64,000 bases of DNA from Paraphysomonas bandaiensis (Eukaryota; Protista; Chrysophyceae). Below the pieces are notes generated by a model, which was not told where the DNA came from, searched no databases, and worked only from the letters and a program-made list of their open reading frames with translations. A program made the translations under genes and the position numbers. Of the stretch, positions 38,968-51,755 are shown in pieces. Within the stretch, counting starts at the first letter, position 1. Each line of letters starts with the position of its first letter. The stretch spans positions 62,001-126,000 of the forward strand of contig CBFFRP010000249.1 of NCBI GenBank assembly GCA_965644295.1. Reading direction: 5' to 3'.

Positions 38968-39652
38968 GTAGTACGTGCAATATTGTATCGTCTATAAGCT
39001 TATAGCCGCTGCTACTTATAATTAATATCTTTGTAGGTACGTTGTTCGAGGTAGTTTTACTTATTTGCAATGTCATGTTAAGTTCACAATGTAGCACACC
39101 AACAATTGTCAAGTTCGTAATGTTATTGGAGTTTGAATTTACTGAATTAGAAACTGAAAGTAATTTAACGCGCAATTTTTACGTATTCTTACTACACTCT
39201 AATACTATATCTCATGGGAGAAATAATAAAATTACGGTTTTATCGATATCCTATCAGAACACATACTTCTATCAGTGGAATGTAGTGAGTATGCAGCTGC
39301 CGGATAAGAACAGCATTCTGTAACAATATTACCATGTAAACACAATAAAACACCATCACGCTATAGCGAAATCTACAGATATTCACTCTACACATGAGTA
39401 GAACAGATTAAAAAAAAGAAAACAACCGTACCGGCACTATACAAGACACCAATGTTAACACAATGCATTGGAACCTATGTTACCAATATAGTGCCCGAGT
39501 CATGTACCATCACGAAGACACCAATGTGTGCACAATTCATTGGGGTGTAACTGAGTCATTGCAAGCAGGACTAGTCTCTTCAACATGTATCGTATGCACT
39601 GGTGTAATTTTGACATAGAACTATACTGTATTCGACGCTTATTGTCGACAGT

Positions 39653-41283
39653 TTAATAGATGCTGACGCGACGTATTTTCTGTACATCATTCCCCAGTCT
39701 CTCTACGTCAGACTTAGTGGGAATTGAAGCATCCGAGTGTCTCCTGGGTCTTGACCTTTTAATCGATGATTCACGATCATGTGCACCCTTCATTCTGGTA
39801 GAGGACATGCGGCGTGATAGATGTGCACCAGACTCCTCCATGTGAGCATTGGAAGGCATACGAGAAGAGAGTTCCTTGTAAAAAGCCTGGGGCTCAGGGA
39901 GGACTTGCATCTTTTTCGTCGGTGATCCATTACCATTAAAGGACGAAGTGTTACTAAATAGCCTTTTCGACGACCCGCGCTTTGAGAGGTCCCTGTTAAG
40001 ATGGTTGGAAGTCGAAGATGGTTTGAGGCGTACAGAAGACATACGCCGACTGAGGTCGGTTTGGAGAGGTGCGACATGACAGTCATCATCATTGAAACTG
40101 CTCAGAGCCAGGTCCTCGTAGGCGAAGGCCCGAGGTTTTCCTTTCGATGCATGAAGGTTTCTTGTAGATTCACCAGAGGGGAAGGTCTCTCTACGACTAC
40201 TAGATTTGCTTATGTCTCGCTTTATTGGCACTACACACTCCGCACTATCCACACTCAAAACGTTCTGTGTGGAAGATTGCCGTCTTTTGTGATGCGTTCC
40301 GGTGTTGGCTGCAATGAACTCAATATGTTTCATTGGGCTCGATTCAGACAGCGTGTCGGTATATGAAGTTGTAGATGCATTAGACCCACGCTTATTGTCT
40401 CTGTTGCTGTGACGTCGGCGACCAATAGCTCTGTGATGTTTTTCCGATTCGGGGTCCAGTATTGTCTCAAAATCGACAACACATGCAGTGCCCTTCTGTT
40501 CAATCTTCTTCTCCATCACAGCATTATTCAGCAGTTTAACTATTTCATCTACTGACAGGAATTGTCCATGAGTTATCTCAATACGGCGCTTGGAAACTTT
40601 ATTCCAAAATCGCCTACCCATACACTTCTTTCGGATCATCTGCTGCATAGTGAAAGCAGGGAATATAAGAGCAGGATGGTTGCGAATAAACTCGGCAAAT
40701 ACATCCTTGTTGACATCTTCTATTGCTAGCGAGCCAATCTTCTCACTTATTCGGTGGGCATGGATATTTTTTTGGAACTTGTGCCCATAGATTTCTTTGA
40801 GCATAAGATCAACTTCTGCAGCATCAATTACTCCACTCGAATCCTTGTCATACAAGTCGAATGCAAATAAAACTACACAATTAGATTAATTCATATAAAA
40901 TATATAACGGAATGCTTACTTAAAGTGGTATTTCCCAGTGTACAGTAGTTCCATAAAGTAATGGCGAATTCCTTGAAATCAATACACTTGCTGTCATCTT
41001 GATCAAATATTGAAAACACCTACCAACAATTAACACACATGACTAACATGAGCATAACTATAAACACCCTCTCTGAGAATTTATTCCGATCGAGATCAAT
41101 AAAATCAAGCATCTCATTGATTTGTATGCTGCCAGATCCGTCCGAGTCGATTCTCATGAATAACTTATACATCTGTCGGACTTCACGTGAGGTCAGTTTA
41201 AGAGCTTCGAACTCTGTTTCCCATTGTTTGATTTCTGGATACTGTGTGTATGTGTCTGTGAAGCAGCTCTGACATGAGCCCAT
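39653..41283 (-). CDS. N-myristoylated EF-hand calcium sensor (calcineurin B/CBL-like head) with long basic Ser/Arg-rich tail, 3 exons
   Basis: Start MGSCQSC; EF loops DSDGSGSIQINE, DQDDSKCIDFKE, DKDSSGVIDAAE; introns 41020-41067 and ~40873-40919. Confidence 0.88.
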
Positions 41284-41836
41284 AGCACCAGTCGATGTGT
41301 GTGTGTGTGTGTGTGTCACCGCATAGCACCGCACTCTACTCTTGTATCTATCAGATACATTGAGATTGATATTACCACTCGTGAAATCAACCGCCAGATG
41401 ATTGGCAACGCAATTGTCATGGAGGGAAACGTTAGGCACTAAACTGCAGGCTCCAAACCACACCGTGAGAATATAGTCGCACTCAGATCCCTTTAATGTG
41501 ACTGGGTCTTGAGCCAATCAGAGTACTTACACCATATTTTATTGGCTATGGAGTTTGTTAAAGTACACCAATTATATTACTTGAAATGAATTGTATTGGC
41601 TTTAATTACCCACACTTCTTTTATTATTAACCAATAATAACCTCTCGTAACAATATTATTGGTAGAAAAGGATATTTCGTATATGCATAGTACATGGCCA
41701 CTATACGCGGCTGTACTGTGTATCTATACACAGAGGTGTGAGTATGTATGTGTGTATGTGCAGCTGTAGATAGACGGTCCACATCACTCAACTATCAGCC
41801 GTATGATCCCATAGTCCATACATACATACATAGTCT

Positions 41837-42913
41837 ATGGAGGCCTATGAGTTATACTTGTTCTGGGTGGTCCCCAGCACCGTTTCATTCATTCTGTCTC
41901 TCTCTATAGTACTCAACGTCATCCTCACTCCTCATTTACGCACAAGACACTTTCAAATCCTCTCAGCGCTGTTGGGTCTCTCTGATTTAGTGAAGTCTGG
42001 CAGTTGGCTCATTAGTCCGAAGTATTCCAGTGCTTATAATGTCTGTGCTACACAGGAGTATATGTAAGCTGCATGCGTGTTGCTGTCTGTATGACTGACA
42101 TGTACATATATATACGTGTGTAGGTATCAGGGGGGGTCACTTGTCCAGGCATTCCTTGTGATTACAGTGTGTGGTTTCGGTTTACATTGTATCAAGTATA
42201 GTCATGCTCCACAGAAGAGAACCTTGCTGTGGGCACTTGGGATACAGCTCACATTGCTGTGCACAGCATTAGTGACATCAATATACTTGAAAACAGCTAG
42301 GCTATTCTGTGGTATTGATGACCTTGATGTATACGAACACCGGCATAGGGCTGTGTTGGTAGCATATATATGTGTATATGTTATCCCAATTTATGTGTTG
42401 ATATTCACCGGATTAGTACAGTGCATTAGTATTGAGAATAAATTGTACGCCTACTGTCAAGGCCGTCAGATCAGTACAGCTGATAAACTTCTTCAAGTAG
42501 TGAATCGACTGAAGCAGTATCCTCGCATCATAATTTTTAGCTGGATTCCTAATTTGGCCTCTTTGTTCGTGTTTGTGATTCAAGGAGATTTTAACAGTGT
42601 GCTAGGATGCTTTGCAGCTTTATGCTTATCATGCAGTGGAATTTTTATTGCTGGACAATATTTCTACCATCAGAACTCTTATCCCACATTTCTCCCTCGT
42701 TGTTTTCAGAATAGTAACAAGTCATGCCACGTAGGCACCCATCATATCAATTTAAGCACATCATCAAACTATGACCCGACACTTTATGACTTATCGGGTC
42801 GATTCAGCGACCGCAGCTCCACATTTACTTCTCCGACATCAGATAGCAATAGCACCGGTCTTGTTGCGCTCAGAGCTTCTCTTCTGCGCGAATCCCATAC
42901 TGCTGTGTTATAG
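41837..42913 (+). CDS. Seven-transmembrane GPCR-like protein (cAMP receptor/GCR1-like), 2 exons
   Basis: Seven hydrophobic segments; LSDL in TM2, Cys before TM3 (CATQ), RLKQYP.IIIFSWIP in TM6, G in TM7; intron ~42064-42123. Confidence 0.7.
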
Positions 42914-43400
42914 TCCGCGGTGTTTGTTGCATCTGTTTGAGTTTAGCTCGTTTTCAGCATCAACGTACTCTATTACTGAACATATTATATATTTATGCTC
43001 GAAAACAATGAGTTACACAGGATTCAGTGCCATTAATATATTATACCAGAGTTGTGCTAATAATGGTTGAATTTATATTTTTACCAACGTGCCGTTTCCT
43101 ATTTAGTTGTTTTATCAGCATAATATTGTGTCTGCTTCAATTCTGTTTCGATGAAATGGATATTTTAATCCCATTAGCAATTTGTTTTGAACTCTTAGTA
43201 GCTTGAAGGCATGCATATATTCCATATTATTTGAATTTTCAGTACTCACATAATAGAACTATCACAAGTACAGTAATAACTGTTGAGTTTTGGTGTTTGT
43301 GAGAAGTTAAAAGCTGTATTTCTAAGGTATTTGAATTAAGTAAATTGACTGTATAAGATCGTGCCTATCTAATATCTAAGATCTAAGACCTGTATAAGAA

Positions 43401-44662
43401 CGTTCTGCCCACTCATGGCCTAATGCTTGTGTGACACAAGGAACACTAATGTTAGTGTCACTTGTGTAGACGTCTTTGAGCCTTCACGAATAAACAGGCA
43501 TCCGGGAATAGACCCTCCTCAAGGGTGACCAGTAATAGGGGTATTGGGTATTGGGCTGCCTCCTGAAGTTAAGCATCCGGGAATGGGTTCCATTAAGCAA
43601 TAAAAAATTCTGAAGTCAGCAAATGTCAGATATATATCAACATTCTACGGAAGTGGTTGCACCTTGGTGCTTGCGGCGACGCACAAGCAGCTTCTGTAGC
43701 GTTAAATAGTAGGATAATAGAATTTGTGCTGATTAGTTATGATGGGTAGAGGTCTAACTAGTAGATCTAGCATTCAACTAGCCACTATATCGGAACGAGT
43801 TTTTAACGCCTATTGCTAAATAAAAAGACATTCAATAATATCAACATTCTGCTTGCTCACTGCAATTGCTTTGAGTGATTGATGCCGAGTACGAGTGTAC
43901 ACAATGGAGGGAAGGCATTGGAGTCTTCTTGAATTTGTAACAGATATTGGCAGACGTCTGTTTCATGCGTCAGTGTGCAAAATTGCACCAGTGAGACCCT
44001 TTCGTGATCGTGGGAGGACCCGGCGCTACTCTACTCTCCCTCCAGACTACCTAATGCTGTGGTGAACAACACCTTGAAGAGGGCCCTAACCATTTGCCGC
44101 GTATACAAGAGACATATGCCGAAGACACCGACCACAGTTGTGAATGTCTGATAATTAACTACAGGGGTATAAGAGTCAGAACTGTTGTAGCAAAACAATT
44201 TAACTAACTAGTGCTTAACTCTGATATCTTACTATTTTGCTCTACAAAAGCTTCTTGTGCGTCACCGCAAGCACCAAGGTGCAACCACTTTCGCTCTCTG
44301 TCATTAAGGTGAACTAACCTAGATGCTTGACTTCAGTAGGCAGCCCAATACCCCGGATGCCCTTGAGGTGTTCAATCCAGGATGCCTGTTTATTCGTCAG
44401 TGCCCAAAGACGCCTACACAAGTGACACCCAAAGCTTGTGTGGTCAGTTTGTTTGTATTTGGAGTGTATGATCTGGCTTGAATATTAAATACGCAACTCG
44501 TCGTATGCCCATGTAGCTAACTAAATCGTGTATAGTTGATAGTTGAGCACTTGCCGATGCATGCAATAGTAACTAGAGATGAGAGTCATGTTATGCTTAG
44601 TGTCGCGCGAGTTGTTAGGTTGGTTGCGGCACCGCACAAGCTTGCGCTTCTTATTAATCAGA
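43401..44662 (+). mobile_element. Interspersed repeat, copy B (rearranged, with an internal inverted segment ~44170-44430)
   Basis: Same blocks as 11890-13090 with deletions; 44170-44430 matches the family in the opposite orientation. Confidence 0.8.
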
Positions 44663-44933
44663 CATTCAAAATTAGTAGTATTTCATAAATTATCAATTGT
44701 ATTAGAAAATGAGATATTGTAAATAAAAGAGTAAAATAATCGTACATCGTTGCAACAATATCAAAAATAACTACGTGTGCTTGCTATTGCCATCTTGTAG
44801 ATCGCTCATGAGCATGTGCTCCTTGCAGATCCAATATAAGGCGAACTAATAATATTCCCATGGTATGAAAGCACGAGTTATTATAGTATAATAATGAATC
44901 GAATCTATGTAGCAGCCATACGTAGTAGTCCGC

Positions 44934-46465
44934 TCAATGATACAGAGCGACATACACTTTCCTTTGTCCCGTAAACCAGGGCGACCTCCCATGGGCAATT
45001 CTATGATTGTCCAGCATCACCACGTCCCCGGCTCTATGATCATATATCCAGGAATTTCTAGATATAGTTCGACGAAGAATCATTGCATCATTCCAACTCA
45101 CTTCGGAATTATCGTCGCTATATACCATGTCATGCCCGTACCCATACCCCATGTATATCCTTGCGCGATTGTACAGATACGTAGCAATTGCAAGTGAAGC
45201 GGACTCCTTACTGTCAAACAGCTGGGCACTCCAAGCAAACGGGACTGAGAAGGTAGCTCCGTGGAGGACATTGAAGTGCAGGTTCAGATACTCGTCGCCA
45301 GTGACTTCGTGGCGGCGAAATACAAGTGCTTTGTGATGCAGCAACAGGTCTCCATCATCTGTCCAAGTAGTGTTGAATCCCTGCTTAGTCGCTGCAGAAT
45401 CGACAATATCTATGACATTATATGTTACACACGAAAATGGCATAGCGCGAGCCATAAAATTACCTCTGTCGTCGGTCTCAAACATTTCTTGCCAACTCTT
45501 GGATTTCAGGATGTCGTAATTACGCCTCGCTTTATTGTAGTACCACCGATGGTAAGTTAGTCCTCTAGACACAAGGTTGTTTTTGTATTCCTGTGGAAGG
45601 TCCCGCCACACCTAGGCATTACTTTCATTACACAACTAGAGGCTACGAAATGCAGTACGCACTACACATAGAGCATAGCGGTAATGGGACACATTCACAG
45701 CACAGATAATGACATTAGAGTGGACATCAGACCATTGCAATGCACCACACTTTGATAGAAAATCACGAACCTGTCGAAAATCAGTAAGCACTGTCTGTCC
45801 TCCTGGTGGTGGGTTTGGCTGTTGTGCAAAGAAGTATATACGTCTCGGTGGATGGGCAGTGTAGGGCAGCTCTAAGTGAGTGGGAATAGTGGCCAATCGG
45901 CCAATCTCAGAGGCCGATGATACAAACTGCGTGCCATTTATACGGCGACGAGGGGCAGTGCCAAGATACACCTGAAGCATACGCAAATGAGTTGCTAAAG
46001 CGGTCATAGCATCATATAACTCCACACCTCAACATGAAGATCCTCGTGGAATTTTCCGAGAATTTTATCGAAGGAATGCACGTCCTGCACTCCAAATCCA
46101 CGAAACACAACTCCTCCATAAGTTAAGAGTGCTTCATCGAACCACTGTTTGTTAGCACTGTACCACCCAATCAAATCATCTGTGCCATTGTAGCTCTCTG
46201 AGAGGCTCTGGGAGGGGGACAGGACCAGTACGTACCCTAACGGACCCACTCGTATAGTGACTCTCTCATCAAGAAAGGGGCCTGGGAATTCACCACTGTA
46301 GAGAAGCGTATTCGTATCGTCCAGGGGGGTCGATATAGAGGGCATATCAGTGCTGGATAAGCGCACTGCAGGAGGCATTAGTTGAGATACAGGGACCACT
46401 AGAAAGACCGATAGAATGAGGGCGATGAGACATCCAAGCAGCGTGCATGCACCCCACATAAGCAT
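44934..46465 (-). CDS. TauD/TfdA (clavaminate synthase-like) 2-oxoglutarate Fe(II) dioxygenase with N-terminal hydrophobic segment, 3 exons
   Basis: GGVVFRGF, H-x-E (THLELPY), GGQT.LTD, GDVVMLDNHRIAHGRSP. Confidence 0.88.
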
Positions 46466-46829
46466 GCTGATATGGTGTAGTTGTATATGATTCTATCAGA
46501 ATGGGAGTGTAGTGGCTCCTCATCTTAATAGGCGTAGACTGCATCCTTTGTATATTTTTGTTCCAAGATGCCTCATATATTGAGACAACAATTATCTGTA
46601 TTTCAGCCGTAGTTGTATTGCAGTAATATAGAGTATATTTGCTTCAATTTATTTCCGAAAAATACGATACATACGTATACTGCATCCTCGTATTCCACTG
46701 CATCATACTACTGCTGTATACATACACGGAGAGAAATCGAAAGTCACGGATGCTACAGATCAATAAACGGACGGAATACCCCCGTTGCCTTTTTACACAG
46801 TCTACACTACAGGTAGTCAAAAGCAGGTT

Positions 46830-48897
46830 TGTAGCAGGTGCGTCTTCGCTCATCTCTGTGGTATTGCTCTCATGCTCTATTGTCGCAGTTGCATTGCCAC
46901 CCTCTGCGCTGTCGTCTTGCGCTTGTCCGCACTGGTCCGGTTGGTCCCGCGATAGCTGGTGAGTGCCTTGCGTTTTTTCGATTTACTTGTGCGGTCTTGT
47001 TCACTGCGTCTATCACCAACTGCGTGGTTATCTTCTTCCTCCAGTTTGTTCTGCTGACATATTTGTTTGTCTTCAGATTCAAGAAAATCCAGCTGCCATT
47101 TGCATTGCCTGCAGGATACAAGGCTATGCACGGCTCAGTTCGGTCCTGCTCCGCGTCGTTGCTCTTGACCTTCGGGTCGTAGCACTCCACATAGTCACCG
47201 AATGCGAGAGCCAGCTCCTTCTTGAAATTCGGTTTGATCCCTGTCAATGCCACTCGCGGCGCTACCGTTGATCCATTGGTGGATGGCCTTCTTAGATTCA
47301 TCCTGCTGTTCGCATAACGTACCAGATCTTTCACATTGGCGTCAGGTAAATCCCACGGTAGTCCTGCATGGATGCTCCTGATCATCTCTTTCAGGCGTCG
47401 TATTTTTGAGTCAATTTTGTCGAGGTGGTCGCCTGCTCCCGCGACGTCTATCTCCACCCCTGTAATCTGCCCTCGGAGTGGTTTGAAGCCAGGTTGTGGG
47501 TCGAGGTAAGCGATGGTCGGCACATACCCGTAGCTCCGTAGCAGATTAACGTGTTCCTGAAGTGCGAGTCCTAATGCTTCTGTTGTCTCATTCTGTACTG
47601 CAGAGACTACTGACACTCCCAGTGGCTCCGCCATCGTGAGAAGAAAGGACTGCTGTCGCACGCTGAAAATGTCTGAGTAGAGCCTCTGCTCTCGCTGCAT
47701 CTCCGATTTCAGTGCGGTGTCTACGTACTGGCGCCCCGTTTTTTTGTGAGTGTGCTTTCCGCGCACTGACTCGTATGGGATTCCATATATCTCGAATGCT
47801 CTCCGTACGTCACTTGCAGTGAGTTTCAGTCCTGTTATGTTGCCATCACTGACTAAGTTGATTGCGTCTTTCTCAGAGTCAAATCCCGAGGTCTTGACTA
47901 AGTCCCATGCCTCTCGTGCTCGAGCCACTTCGGCCTTCGAGTGCCTCGCTTCCATGTCAGCTACTGTTGTGACATGTACGTTTCCAGTGGCCCAGTCTCG
48001 CATATCAGCCACGTACATTTTGTTCCTTCGTGCGAATACCAGGTCTCTACCAGGTAAATGCACAGTATACGATTTGCCTTGCACATATGTTACATCGTAC
48101 ATATCCTCCACATCTGATTGACATAGCACACTCGCACGTAAATGATCAGCCGTTGTGCAGGGAAAGAATTGATCCAGATCTCCTACATTTGGTAGCTCCA
48201 TAGCGTGCCCTGAGAGTCCTGCCACGGTACATTTCCTGGTCGCCGGCCTTATATTGTGCAGTAATGCAGGGTGAACCACTGACACGTCCGCCTGATTATC
48301 TAGCAGTACCTCGTACCACCTGAATGGGTGGCCTCCGGATGTGAATGCGTTCTTTAGGGTCACCGCACAGTTTCTCTCATCTGCGTCTTGGTTGTCAGGA
48401 CATTCATTGAGTCGGTGCCCTGGCTCGCCGCACCCCCAACATATCAGGGGTTTCCTCCGTTGATCTCTGTGCCGTGGATTCTTCTGCCCCCTTTTGAATT
48501 CTTTGTGGTCGTCTCTGTCGCCATTTTCGTCACTGTCACTTGCGCTGTGTTTCCCTTTGCTGGAGGTTTTACGTTCAGCTTTGGTGACGAAAGCTGCTCC
48601 TCCTGCCGCGCGTGTCTGCTTCCTGGCCGGTAAGTATTTAGAAACCTTGTTGTATATGTCATTCACGTGTGTGGGTGCAATCTGAGTTCCCATGGTTAGG
48701 TCATTAAGATAGTTCGTCTTGAAATCCCCGTATCTCGTGTCGTCTAGTCCGTTAAAGAAGTCCATCGCCACATCGGTGTCGGACATTTTGGCGTTGTCCT
48801 ATAACGGACTAGACGACACGAGATATGGGGACTTCAAGACTAACTATCTTAACGACCTAACCATGGGAACCCAGAGTGCACCCACACAGTCTAGGCA
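46830..48897 (-). mobile_element. Ty1/Copia retrotransposon gag-protease-integrase fragment (no RT, RNase H or LTRs)
   Basis: ORF 46870-48786: zinc knuckle CWGCGEPGHRLNEC, protease LLDNQADVSV, integrase core YSDIF...YLDPQ...IRRLKE, FGDYVE...RTEPCIALYP. Integrase directly after protease is the Copia order. Confidence 0.9.
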
Positions 48898-49875
48898 AAA
48901 AGCAGGTTCTCTTTGCAGTTACTACAGAACTCGTTAGTAAGAGGAAATTATGCTTCTAAGTCTACAGCCGTACAAAACACTGCATAACATAACACCATAC
49001 ACCTCTATGTGCCCTATGCATATCTTATACAGTCACTTCAAGTACTAAACTGAAAAGAACATCCTCTTATTTCTCTACGACACCACTGTGCAGACTACGC
49101 CCTTCTCTGTATACTCTATACTACGAATACGTATTCTCGTATTCTGCTCATTTTAGTCCTAATGTATTCCACTCTATACGCTGTATACTACACCTTGTGT
49201 GTGTGTTGCATGTAGAAGGGGACATACTCTGCATACACAGCACTGTGAGGTACTTGCAGGAGATACATTGCAAGCAATAGTCCTAATAGGTTGATATGCT
49301 TCATGTTCGGCTATTGAGGGGTGTTGCACTTCTTCAACAATCTTATCTTGGCCACCCTTCCCTAATACTACACTACGATATAAAAGACACATTCATGCCA
49401 GTGCATAGAGTTATAAGTTATAGAGTCCAGTCAATGAGGTTGGACTGAGCAACACTGCAATATCTTCCGACGATGATATACGCCATGTTATAGTCATCTA
49501 ACATAATGATATAAGATATCTAACAAATACACTTTAAACATACGATATGAGTGTGCCGATACTCAAACCTGCAATTAATTAGTAGGAATGCAGATAGTAC
49601 TCCTGTTGCAAGGATTGTAACTGCGAGAGAGATTACACTTTATTATCACAAGAGATGTGCTATATATGTTACATCTGCAAATCTATGCCATATATGTTAC
49701 AATATCAAATTCTATGAATGTAATGCATTAATACTTATTACTTTCGACCTGAACACAATTTCTGCCACTACTTATACTACCGTTATATACCTGTGGATTG
49801 ATATTGATCATAACAAAAGTACTACAACCACCTACACACTACACAATAGGGCGCCATGACACAATATCTGACCGC

Positions 49876-51755
49876 CTATTTGTATCCCTGATTTATCTCC
49901 AGCACATCTGCCCCGCCAAAGTCATCCTTCCCTTCTGCTCCAGGTGCATTCTGTCGCATTGCCTGGAAGTGCGGATTGTCTCTGAAGTCCATATACAGCG
50001 AAAACATTACGTGTAGTGATTCCACTGGGTTATCATAGGTAGGAATATCCAAAATAGAGCAAAGAACCTTGGCATATTCCGCCAGGGAAAGGTCTAAATC
50101 AGGAGATGGAAGCTGGAGGGTCTCTAGAGCGGCTTCGAACTGCTCTGGCCACACGTCCATCAGCGTCTCGATGTCAGGCATATTCTTCTTGTAATGAACC
50201 TGGTAGAAAGTTGATTACAAACCGAATGTGTAACGTCAGGAAAGTTATAACATTGTAATACTACCGTAGTTTAGAAGTGTTATATGCAAAGGCAAATACT
50301 ACCTGTGGTGGTGGTTTCGATCTGTGGAGATCACTTATACTCTGGATCCACTTCGCTATAGCCCCAGGGTTCTTCTCAGCGTTTTCTATGGACCGAACGA
50401 CCACATCCCCGTATTGCTGTTTCTTACTTGAAGCCCGCAACTGCAGCTCCAACACAGTAGGATCTGATTGCACGGTTGCAGGCTCATCCAATATCTTGAA
50501 TCCAAGGTCATCATCCTCACCATCAGGTCGTGGAACCTAAATCGCCAAACAGATAGTGCGTTAAAGAAATTATTCCCAAATTAGTGACATTCAGTCGGTT
50601 TACTATTAACAATTTCATTATTTTTGCACCTTGATGAACCCATCAATCTCCCCTATGGCAGGAATGTACTCAGGTATGAAGCACTTCAACGACGTCTCCA
50701 GCTCGACTTCATGAGGCTTGTACCGTTCAATATACTGGAAGAGGTCCCTCACCTCGGCAGCGACGTTAAGATACTGATAGTCCTTAGGGTTATATGCGCC
50801 TTCAACACCCTCGTAAAACTCCTGCTCTCCCTCTCCTTCATCATCTTCCTCTTCACTGGACTCCTCGTCATCATCGTCGCCCACATTCTGGGAAAGATGT
50901 CATGCATAAAAATGAAGAGCCACAACAACACTAGAAGTATGCACGAACTATACACACTTTGCGTTCACGAATATGAAGTGCAGTATATAGGAAATTCCCA
51001 GGTGTCAAAAAGGAAATAACCCAGGAAAGTGATTACGAGGCCTGCTTCACGACCTGTGTTAATACCTGTCTATGTACTTCAGCTGCTTTAGACTGTGCTG
51101 CCCCCATGGAGAAGTTATCAGCTGGGGCAGGCGCCTTTATCTCCATAGACACCTATCCCAAACCAAAAGTCATGCACGTATTTGTGCTACTAGCATCAGA
51201 ATAAAAATTACCTGGGCTACTGGTTTCGACTGGTTTCCCCTCCCACTTTGTGTGTCCACACTCTCATCTGAACCGGATCTGGAAAACTCAAGGGCCTCAT
51301 CAAAAGGCCGGTTTGATATGGAGTTTGACTTGTTCAATTCCGCCTTGATATCATCCCGTGCAGGTCTGGCGTTCTTCGCTGGGGGCGTGATATGCTGATC
51401 CATACTCTGGCTTATCTCCACTGCCTCGTCATATTTGTCATTGGTTAGTTTCTGTTCCTTGCTTTGCTGAAATCAACCACTTATAGTTAGTATGGACATA
51501 GTTCAACAACATTAAGCGGAACCTTCGCATCTCTCCGTCCATCAAAACTCTCGGCAACCGATAAGTCTTGACTAACCTCATATGCCTCATCATATGGCTT
51601 GTTGTACTGAACAGTCGACTGGTAAAACAAAACAACACTCAGATTGATTGGAGTTAATAGTTACATATACGCACTGGTTTATTGTGCTTTGTTTCATCGA
51701 TGCTCTCTTCGAACTCATCCAACTCATCAGAGAACTCATCCTCCGAGTGCGACAT
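49876..51755 (-). CDS. IFT46: Intraflagellar transport protein 46 (multi-exon)
   Basis: YNPKDY..LNV..EVRDLFQYI.RYKP, LKCFIPEYIPAIGEIDGFIKVPRPD, LDEP..VQSDPTVLELQLR, WIQSISDLH.SKPP, MPDIETLM..WP, ESLHVMFSLY.DF..NPHF. Confidence 0.95.
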
